Of a stretch of 43,988 nucleotides of DNA, positions 1 to 6,822 are shown piece after piece. The position numbers and the translations under genes were made by a program. The notes beneath the pieces are model-generated. The model was not told where the DNA came from, did no database searches, and saw only the letters and a program-made list of their open reading frames with translations. The first letter of the stretch is position 1; each line of letters opens with the position of its first letter. Origin of the DNA: a virus; IMG/VR virus record IMGVR_UViG_3300012944_000032; one strand, 5' to 3'.

Positions 1-123
1 AGTCTCGAAAAATCAACAGGTTGCGGTCGGGCGGACGTTCTTTTCTGTTACGACACATTACGACACATTACGACACATTACGACACATTACGAGCGACGT
101 TTCGCGTAAGATTCGCTTCTGAG
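1..123. repeat. Left copy of the exact 123-bp terminal direct repeat
   Basis: Bases 1..123 (agtctcgaaaaatcaacagg...gattcgcttctgag) are identical to 43866..43988. Confidence 0.95.
48..97 (+). repeat. 10-bp tandem array, 4 perfect CGACACATTA units (51..90) plus a degenerate unit
   Basis: ttaCGACACATTACGACACATTACGACACATTACGACACATTAcgagcgacg. The period is exactly 10 bp. It lies inside the terminal repeat, so a second copy sits at 43913..43962. Confidence 0.95.
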
Positions 124-158
124 TCGTGATGCAAGAGTAGCTTGAATTACTTGCAAAG

Positions 159-347
159 CTAGCCGTTTGTAATTAGGATTGAGGCGATGTTCGAGAGTGG
201 AAGAGACTTCATTACCTCGCTGTTCTGAAAGTAATGCAGAATCATCAATTCAGATGCCAGTTCGCTGTTCTGAGGATAGATTGTTGCCGTTCTGACATTC
301 TGAATTTGTTCTGGTTCCCTGTTCGTGAAACAGATATCTAGTATCAT
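159..347 (-). CDS. Hypothetical small protein (62 aa), doubtful
   Basis: ATG preceded by AAGGAA about 5 nt upstream. However, the ORF spans the CAGAAC repeat array and sits in an otherwise non-coding region. Confidence 0.3.
   Translation of the reverse strand: MILDICFTNREPEQIQNVRTATIYPQNSELASELMILHYFQNSEVMKSLPLSNIASILITNG
217..320 (-). repeat. Cluster of CAGAAC-core repeats, including the exact 12-mer TCAGAACAGCGA twice
   Basis: Plus-strand tcgctgttctga at 217..228 and 262..273 (45-bp period). Related copies are gccgttctga 286..295, attctga, ttgttctgg and ctgttcg. Confidence 0.8.
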
Positions 348-522
348 GTAAATTCCTTTGATGAAAGAATTAATGTAAACATAATTGAAAGCATGAAGTG
401 GGAAGAGAAGTGACTGGCAAGCAACGCTGATTAGGCGTCAAGGAAACCAGTTCTAAGTCTTGCATTCCATTTATCAGGCCTAGCTTTGGATGCTAGTCGA
501 GCTGAACGAAGTGAGGTGAGCG

Positions 523-1095
523 TTACTTCTTATCGAATTGCTTGCTGAATCCGGGCTTGATGAGTGCAACAGCATCTTCAAGCGGGACATTCGCACCACG
601 GGAATAGTTCCTTACAACGAGACGGAACTGAGTCTGGGCTTCAGGTGCCCAGCTAAGGTCAACGAACTCGGCCAATGGGTCAGATGCAGCCGTGTAAGCA
701 GCATCGTTGAATCCATCAATTAGGTAAGAGACGAGAGTTGGCTCATCTTTTACCGTAGTGATGTCCATGAACATCTGAATAGACGTTGGCAGAGTTTCTA
801 CCTTGCTGCGGTCGAATGCTTCCCAATCAATTACGATTGGATTCTTTCCACGAGTCTGACCAACCTGAACACGAACACCAACACCAGTTCGCTTGGCATT
901 CGTTTCATCAGCATCGACTTCACGGAGCTGCTGATTCAAATCACGAGTAACCTTCTCATCCTTTGATTCAGCAAGTTTTGCACGAATCGCAGCACGTTCC
1001 TTCTCGTAGTCTCGGACTGTGACTAATTCCTGTGGTGACGTTGCCTGTGTAGCCATTCCTGTCATTCCTTTTCCCGCGACTATCGTGCGCAGCAC
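523..1095 (-). CDS. Hypothetical early protein (190 aa from a GTG start; ATG starts at 1065 or 1056 are more likely)
   Basis: Long ORF directly downstream of a consensus sigma70 promoter. Visibly more GC-rich than the rest of the genome. No motif recognised. Confidence 0.8.
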   Translation of the reverse strand: MLRTIVAGKGMTGMATQATSPQELVTVRDYEKERAAIRAKLAESKDEKVTRDLNQQLREVDADETNAKRTGVGVRVQVGQTRGKNPIVIDWEAFDRSKVETLPTSIQMFMDITTVKDEPTLVSYLIDGFNDAAYTAASDPLAEFVDLSWAPEAQTQFRLVVRNYSRGANVPLEDAVALIKPGFSKQFDKK

Positions 1096-1125
1096 GGGGC
1101 GAAATTGCCCGTCTTCCCTGAAACG

Positions 1126-1154
1126 ATTATATCATGATTTGTGCGAAGTGTCAA
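1126..1154 (-). promoter_or_regulatory. Consensus sigma70 promoter with extended -10, reading leftward
   Basis: Minus strand reads TTGACA-cttcgcacaaatcatga(17)-TATAAT, with TGa immediately 5' of the -10. Upstream are (GCGAA)x3 and a T8 run. It is about 25-60 nt upstream of the candidate starts of 523..1095. Confidence 0.8.
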
Positions 1155-1534
1155 GCGCGAAGCGAAGCGAAAAAAAACCCAGGACCAGACTATCGTCTAG
1201 ATGCACGGCAGTTCATTCCGTGTCTCCGTTACTCTAGCTACATACTAGAGAGTGAATGATATCGCGTCACGAATAGTCCAGAGTCTAGGTATCCTCATGC
1301 TAGTCTTTTATTGCCTGTCGCGATAGACAGTAGGACTAGACTTACAGAGAACTTCCACCTAACTTTGCGAGCAATTCAGCGTATCGAACCTTGCGCCGTC
1401 GTCCCATACCCTACTACTACATGGGTCGTGCCAAGGCCCAAACCACAATATGTTGTGGTGTCAATCTGTGAAGACCCTATATGTTGGGGTGGCATATTAC
1501 CAAATTGTGATGCAACTAACGTCAATCGTAAGTT

Positions 1535-1965
1535 TGCACATTCTATCACTAAATTTCACATAAGAAATGATGTATAGTAGTGTGCAGTAGCAAGCAAAGA
1601 TGTAAATTACAATTCTAAATTGTACATTATGTCACCAGACTGCACACTTTAGCCAGTTTTGGCTCATTGTACACATTTGCATGTAATTGCACAATATTTC
1701 AATTGGCACGGCTTATGCCTATTACATATATGGTATGTGGCACATAGTTTGAACTGCATAAATCTGCACTGGCACGACTCTTGCCTTTACAGAATGACAC
1801 AGGGTTGCACTGGCATGATGTATGCTGTGTTCACTCTACTGCACATGTGCAATCCTGACTCAGCCGGTGTCATAGTGTGCAAGTCTTTCACATAGCTGCA
1901 CAATTCTTACTAAGAATTCATATCACAGGGGTATACATAGCTGCACGTAAGGTTCCATATGTGCA
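1535..1965. repeat. Dense array of TGCAC/GTGCA motifs in non-coding DNA
   Basis: At least 13 TGCAC/GTGCA occurrences counted by eye in about 430 bp. Includes the perfect palindrome TGCACATGTGCA (1840..1851), GTGCAC (about 1960), and ACATAGCTGCAC twice (1890..1901 and 1935..1946). Confidence 0.85.
1704..1826 (+). promoter_or_regulatory. Three to four GGCA-N7-TGCC dyads, equally readable as sigma54-like TGGCAC-N5-TTGC elements
   Basis: The sites are tTGGCACggcttATGCC (1704..1719), TGGCACgactcTTGCC (1770..1785, a perfect -24/-12 consensus), TGGCATgatgtATGCT (1811..1826), and a weaker TGGCACatagtTTGA (1738..1752). Confidence 0.5.
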
Positions 1966-2080
1966 CAAAATTTCCGGATATTAATCGTATTTGTGTCATC
2001 ATATTATTTAATCACATTTGTATGTTATCATTATTTAATTATTCATCAATTAAAAGCTGGTTCCATATGTGGTTCCATAC
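1951..2080 (+). repeat. GGTTCCATA(TGTG) repeated three times, flanking AT-rich direct repeats
   Basis: ggttccatatgtg occurs at 1951..1963 and 2059..2071, and ggttccatac at 2071..2080. Between them, ATCAT(AT)TATTTAAT occurs twice (about 1998..2013 and 2027..2040). Confidence 0.8.
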
Positions 2081-2167
2081 AACGTACTATGAATTATGAT
2101 GCTTTCAAAAAATGAAATCTTCAACGGCTACGCCGAGTTTTCCTAGGGTTTATGCGATGTTTACCTC

Positions 2168-2196
2168 TTGACAAACGGCTTCGCCGGGTGTATGAT
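2168..2196 (+). promoter_or_regulatory. Near-consensus sigma70 promoter for the rightward (late/structural) arm
   Basis: TTGACA(2168..2173)-aacggcttcgccgggtg(17)-TATGAT(2191..2196), about 45 nt upstream of the first plus-strand gene. Confidence 0.75.
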
Positions 2197-2238
2197 GACA
2201 ACCACAGGAGAAGTGTATTACCTCGCAAGTAAAGGGAT

Positions 2239-2637
2239 ATGTGTATGCTACTTGAAGAAGAAGAATTAAAGAAGAGAATGGAATCTCCTATGAATCTTCT
2301 TAATAAGCTTAAGAGCGCAATAAATCCACATACCATTTCCATTCCAGCTTTGCCACCTTCATCTGATGATGTTATTGATGATATTGAACAGAAGATTACA
2401 ATTGGTTCCATCAAAGGTAAAGCTCTAGGTCTTATGAGCTCTGCATTAGATGAGCTTAAAGCTAAATTGCCAGAAGTAAGTAGACCTGAAAAGCTTGCTG
2501 CAATAGCTGCTGATATGGGTAAGGTTATCAATAACACTGAACAGCGTAAAGATGCACCTGTAGCACAAGCTCAAATTATTATTTATGCTCCACAGATGAT
2601 GGACGAGAATGTATTTAACGTAGTCGAAGTTGAGTAA
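2239..2637 (+). CDS. Hypothetical protein (132 aa; start at 2245 is possible)
   Basis: First ORF after the rightward promoter. AAGGGA lies 7 nt before ATG 2245. Its stop overlaps the next start (TAATG). Confidence 0.7.
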   Translation: MCMLLEEEELKKRMESPMNLLNKLKSAINPHTISIPALPPSSDDVIDDIEQKITIGSIKGKALGLMSSALDELKAKLPEVSRPEKLAAIAADMGKVINNTEQRKDAPVAQAQIIIYAPQMMDENVFNVVEVE

Positions 2638-3113
2638 TGCCTGATATCTTAGCGGCTATTAAGAAGGTTAAGGGAGAACAGCCGGACCAGGCTGACACTT
2701 CTGTAGAACCACGTGGCTTATTTGGTCGTCTGTTAGGTGGAAACTCACAAGCGACAACCAATCCATTCACTGGAAGCATTAGCTATAATCCAGAAGCATT
2801 GAACAAGCTATCGCCTCCTGAATTGGAGAATTTGATGGTACATGAATTAACTCATTCTAGACAAGTTCAACAAACACCTTATTTACAGCGGCTAGGTTCA
2901 GTCATGCAATCGATGATTCCTGGTATTGGTAATGAAGATTATTACCAGCGTCCTAGGGAGATGGAAGCGTTTCAAGCAGAAAGAAACAGGAGCATGCAGC
3001 AGGGTCAAAGTGTTCCAGACCCTGCTAGTGGAGCAACAGATATTAACCTCCCTGCACCATCTCCACGTCGTAAGATACTTGGAATGTTTACTAATGATAG
3101 AGGAACTCGATGA
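2637..3113 (+). CDS. HExxH zinc-metallopeptidase-like protein (DUF4157-like)
   Basis: The motif LMVHELTHSRQVQQ, followed by EMEAFQAE, resembles the DUF4157 HELxHVxQ signature. Confidence 0.55.
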   Translation: MPDILAAIKKVKGEQPDQADTSVEPRGLFGRLLGGNSQATTNPFTGSISYNPEALNKLSPPELENLMVHELTHSRQVQQTPYLQRLGSVMQSMIPGIGNEDYYQRPREMEAFQAERNRSMQQGQSVPDPASGATDINLPAPSPRRKILGMFTNDRGTR

Positions 3114-3799
3114 AGGTATATATTGGCGTACCTACATCTGAACAAGCTCGGCATGCAGCATTCTATGATTATCTCTCGCTGCTTGAGAAGCCAGAAGGTA
3201 CTTGTGGTGCTAGCTTTCATTCTAATACCGCTGCATATAATCGTAACTTGATTATTGATGATGCACTAGCCGCTAAGTCGAGCCATGTTTTGTTTATTGA
3301 CGATGACATGGCTATGCCTACTGATTCACTCATCAGGTTGCTATCACATGATAAAGATATTGTTTCAGGACTCTATGTAAACAGGCAGTATCCTCATCCA
3401 CCTGTTATCTTCAATTTTATAAATGGTACCATGTCTAGGATTTATCTAACCCCAGAGAACGCAGGTTTGATGGAGGTTAGTGCGGCTGGATTTGGTTTTC
3501 TTTTGGTTAAGACGAAAGTCTTTGCAAGTCTTGATAAGCCTTACGTGAGGAATGGTGAGATTGTTAAAGATAGACGCAATGAAGATATAGACTTCTGTAA
3601 TAGAGCACGAGCGGCTGGGTTTAAGATTTATTGTGATTTAGATTGCCCTATTGGACATATTGGAACTACTACATTCTGGCCTGCATTCTCTGAAGGTAAA
3701 TGGGCAACAACCATTGATACTGGAGGAGATGAGGTATTCGTAGCAGCACAGAATCCTACAAAATTTGGTGAGATTAGAACACCTTTGACTAAATCATAA
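3110..3799 (+). CDS. GT-A fold (family 2-like) glycosyltransferase
   Basis: DxD motif LFIDDDM. Clear paralog of the N-terminal domain of 13275..14489 (AFYDY, LFxDDD, HDKDxVSGLY, HxPVIF). Confidence 0.7.
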   Translation: MKVYIGVPTSEQARHAAFYDYLSLLEKPEGTCGASFHSNTAAYNRNLIIDDALAAKSSHVLFIDDDMAMPTDSLIRLLSHDKDIVSGLYVNRQYPHPPVIFNFINGTMSRIYLTPENAGLMEVSAAGFGFLLVKTKVFASLDKPYVRNGEIVKDRRNEDIDFCNRARAAGFKIYCDLDCPIGHIGTTTFWPAFSEGKWATTIDTGGDEVFVAAQNPTKFGEIRTPLTKS

Positions 3800-3807
3800 A
3801 ATTTATA

Positions 3808-4125
3808 ATGAAATGCAGAGATTTTTTATCATTTCTTCTATCAACGCCGTTAGCAGCGGTGATTGATTATGAAAAACTTTTTTGGGTTAAAGAGAAGACT
3901 ATATTTCTGACTGCAATAGCCCCAGTTGAATTTAATTACGATATTGTTATCCCATCACATTGGTCATCTGGAATTGGCAGACAAATAATAGATACTATAA
4001 ACGATACAGAAGTTAAATATAGATTAATTAACAGAGCCGAGGCCATTAAGAGGGGTATCCTTATCAAAGGTCAAGGATTGGAAGATATTGATATGTATAT
4101 TAGGAACATGCAAAAACTGAAATGA
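3808..4125 (+). CDS. Hypothetical protein with a hydrophobic N-terminus
   Basis: ORF packed in the operon. N-terminus is MKCRDFLSFLLSTPLAAVI. Confidence 0.6.
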   Translation: MKCRDFLSFLLSTPLAAVIDYEKLFWVKEKTIFLTAIAPVEFNYDIVIPSHWSSGIGRQIIDTINDTEVKYRLINRAEAIKRGILIKGQGLEDIDMYIRNMQKLK

Positions 4126-4373
4126 CTACTGCGGCGGTCATAGGTATTCTATCACTAGTCATTACATTTGCAATTTTTGTATTAAATGTCACATTTAAGT
4201 TAGGACATCACGCTGCCAGATTAGAAGCTCTGGAGAAGTGGCGTGATGGTATCAGAGATGATATGCATGAGATATCAGATAAGATGGAAGCAATGTTAAT
4301 TAACTTCCAAACATTAACTACACTAATTGAAGAACGAACTGAACGAAGAACATCAGCAAGGATGGCTCAGTGA
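4122..4373 (+). CDS. Small membrane protein (N-terminal TM helix plus coiled coil); holin or i-spanin-like candidate
   Basis: AAVIGILSLVITFAIFVLNV followed by a charged helical tail. ATGA-type overlaps on both sides. Confidence 0.6.
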   Translation: MTTAAVIGILSLVITFAIFVLNVTFKLGHHAARLEALEKWRDGIRDDMHEISDKMEAMLINFQTLTTLIEERTERRTSARMAQ

Positions 4374-4720
4374 AAAAGATTCTATTTAGTATTTTGTTTC
4401 TTCTATTTGCAGTGCCAGGATATAGCCAGGTTACAGCTACAGTGCAATGGAATATGCAGGAATCTCCTGCTACAGCACAAACATTTACTTACACATTGAA
4501 AATTGATGCGGCAGCTCCTACGACTCTTACCCCTGTCACCTGCAGCACAGTTAACGGAGTTAGCACTTGTAGTGCTTCTGTTGCTAATTATACTGTGGGT
4601 GTGCATACTGTTATCTTGACTGCATCAAATGCTAACGGCTCATCCTCTGGTACATTTGTTACTGGTGCTAATCCATCAGTGCCAACGGCCGGAAAAGTTA
4701 TTGTAATCATTATTCAGTAA
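4370..4720 (+). CDS. Secreted protein with a Sec signal peptide and an Ig/FN3-like beta domain
   Basis: MKKILFSILFLLFAVPGYSQ followed by a Thr/Ser/Ala-rich beta-strand pattern. Confidence 0.6.
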   Translation: MKKILFSILFLLFAVPGYSQVTATVQWNMQESPATAQTFTYTLKIDAAAPTTLTPVTCSTVNGVSTCSASVANYTVGVHTVILTASNANGSSSGTFVTGANPSVPTAGKVIVIIIQ

Positions 4721-4764
4721 TATCGCATCGCATGAACAATATCGCACCGCATCAATAAACATAA

Positions 4765-6375
4765 GTGGCTTTCACAACTGGAGAATGGAAACCTACTAGG
4801 AAACAAGAGATATTTCTATCTCTGCCATTATCAATTAAAGAAGCATTGTATGGTGGAGGAGCCGGTTCCGCCAAAACAGACGTTCTCTTAATCTACGCAT
4901 TAGTTCATAAATGGCATGAACATCCTGGGTTTAAGCAAGTGTTCATGCGTCGTACATTCCCTGAACTTCGTAATGAAGTGATTCCACGTAGTAGACAATT
5001 ATATCCTAAGTTTGGTGCAACATTAAATAAATCGGATATGGCATGGACATTCCCTGCGCCAGACCAAATTGGCGGAAGAGGATTGTCAAACGCGGGAGCA
5101 ATGATTTTCCTTGCACAGTGTGAGGACGAAAATGACGTACATAAATATGATTCTATGGAAATTAACTTATTTACTCCCGATGAGCTTACTTCTTTTCTTG
5201 AGTACATTTATTTGTACGTTGGGTTTACTCGTGTACGTACTAGTATCCCTGAACTCCCGGCAATAATTCGAGCCGCTGGCATGCCCGGTGGAGTAGGACA
5301 TACATTCACAAACAAAAGATTTGTATCACCGGCTAAGCCAGGCACTATCATTGTCGGACGTGGTGGAGTTAAACGCATTTATATTCACGCTACGTTAGCT
5401 GACAATCCTCACATCGACCCGGCCTACAGACAATCACTAGAAGCATTACCAGAAGCTGAAAAGAGAGCTAAGCTCTATGGGGACTGGAATGCTTATTCAG
5501 GTCAGGTATTTGACGAGTTCAGAGATAGAAGATATCCTGATGAACCAGATAATGCATTACATGTAATAGATGAATTTGAAATTCCAGCTTGGTGGCCTAG
5601 AATCCTCATTGGTGATTGGGGATTTGCGGCTATGACTTGGTTAGGTTGGGGAGCTATTAGTCCTAATAAAAGATTGTATATTTACAGAGAACAATCATGG
5701 ACTAAAACTAAGATTGAGGAATGGGCACCAATTGTTAGGGAATTGATTGATATTGACCATCCGAGAATGATTAAGTTTTGTAAATCTGCTGGCCAAGAGC
5801 ATGGTCAGGAACATACTATTCAGGAGCAGATTAGTGATGCTCTAGACTTCCCAATTGAGCTAACTAATAATAGTCCGGGCTCTAGAATCGCTGGCAAACA
5901 ACTAATTCATGAGTATATGAGATGGAGGTCAAAGCCAATCTCGATTAAGGAGAAAGCAGCATATAGTGAAGAGCACTCAATGTGGCTTCTTCGTAATAGA
6001 GGAATGAATGAATACAAGTCATACATGATGTCATTTATTGAGCCAGCAGAAGAATCTAATCTACCCAAGTTACAAATTTTTAGTTCCTGCAAGTTGCTCA
6101 TTGATGCTATTAAAGCATGTTCATACGACAAGAAGAAGATTGAGGATATTGCTGCATTCGCTGGTGATGACCCTATCGATGGACTTCGTTACTTGGTAGA
6201 TGCAGCAGAGAATTACTTTGAAATTGCGGCTGATGAATTCAAAAGGATTCAGAAGCAAGAAGAGTTAGTTCATAAGCTAAGCAGTGATAATGATTTTACT
6301 GCATTCTATAGACAGATGAGAACAGCTGAATCAGATGAATCATATAAACCAATTCGCATGTTTCATCATAGATAA
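4765..6375 (+). CDS. terL: Terminase large subunit
   Basis: GTG start. Walker A-like YGGGAGSAKTD. Nuclease-domain acidic motifs IGDWGF and GDDPIDGLRY. Located upstream of the portal. Confidence 0.88.
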   Translation: MAFTTGEWKPTRKQEIFLSLPLSIKEALYGGGAGSAKTDVLLIYALVHKWHEHPGFKQVFMRRTFPELRNEVIPRSRQLYPKFGATLNKSDMAWTFPAPDQIGGRGLSNAGAMIFLAQCEDENDVHKYDSMEINLFTPDELTSFLEYIYLYVGFTRVRTSIPELPAIIRAAGMPGGVGHTFTNKRFVSPAKPGTIIVGRGGVKRIYIHATLADNPHIDPAYRQSLEALPEAEKRAKLYGDWNAYSGQVFDEFRDRRYPDEPDNALHVIDEFEIPAWWPRILIGDWGFAAMTWLGWGAISPNKRLYIYREQSWTKTKIEEWAPIVRELIDIDHPRMIKFCKSAGQEHGQEHTIQEQISDALDFPIELTNNSPGSRIAGKQLIHEYMRWRSKPISIKEKAAYSEEHSMWLLRNRGMNEYKSYMMSFIEPAEESNLPKLQIFSSCKLLIDAIKACSYDKKKIEDIAAFAGDDPIDGLRYLVDAAENYFEIAADEFKRIQKQEELVHKLSSDNDFTAFYRQMRTAESDESYKPIRMFHHR

Positions 6376-6383
6376 AGGATAAT

Positions 6384-6809
6384 ATGTTTAGCTGGCTTCA
6401 TCACATATTAGAGCCTCATTGTCAACAGTGCAGAGAGGAACGACAAGAAGAGAGACAAGAAGATTCTGTCTGTGCATCTTGTGAAACATTAAGACTTCAG
6501 CTTGAAATTGCTAATTATGAGAAACGTCAATTATTGGAATCTATTCTCAGACCACAGCAAAGTGTCCCATCAGCAATACAGGGAACTCCTCAAGCATTAC
6601 AACCTAAATCAATTCCTTGGAGTGTGCGTAAGCAAATGCTTGAATCTGAAGATAGGAAACAGGCACAGCTTATGAGAGAGGCTCAAGAGCAATCAAATAA
6701 ATTAGCTACATCAATTCCACGAGGAACAGGTGGTGATTTATCAGTTTCTATTAAAGAATCACAAAGTATTGAATCACTGGAAAGAGAACTTGGCGTAGAT
6801 GACGTATAA
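6384..6809 (+). CDS. Hypothetical protein (CxxC..CxxC N-terminus plus coiled coil)
   Basis: CQQCREERQEERQEDSVCASCE, then a Q/E-rich helix. Confidence 0.6.
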   Translation: MFSWLHHILEPHCQQCREERQEERQEDSVCASCETLRLQLEIANYEKRQLLESILRPQQSVPSAIQGTPQALQPKSIPWSVRKQMLESEDRKQAQLMREAQEQSNKLATSIPRGTGGDLSVSIKESQSIESLERELGVDDV

Positions 6810-6822
6810 GGAGCTTAACTAA

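Noticed and set aside
523-1095. Ocr-like DNA-mimic anti-restriction protein
   Set aside because: I counted about 28 acidic against about 24 basic residues. The net charge is only mildly negative, unlike known DNA mimics. I keep it only as an unknown early protein.
1173-1200. The T8 run (minus strand) as an intrinsic terminator
   Set aside because: The only preceding pairing is a 4-bp AGAC/GTCT stem, 9 nt away from the U-run. Its position at about -50 from the consensus promoter fits an UP-like element better.
1381-1390. T-loop-like GGTTCGATAC (minus strand) as a hint of a tRNA
   Set aside because: I could not build flanking T-stem, acceptor or anticodon arms. I found no cloverleaf anywhere in 1100..2238.
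1311-1577. 88-aa plus-strand ORF in the control region
   Set aside because: It starts at TTG with no SD. The sequence is odd and nothing is coupled to it. It sits in a GC-rich non-coding stretch containing hairpins (for example CCACAAtatgTTGTGG at about 1443..1458). I treat it as non-coding.
1659-1895. 78-aa plus-strand ORF rich in Cys, His and Trp
   Set aside because: It has a TTG start. Its peculiar composition is simply the translation of the TGCAC and TGGCAC repeats.
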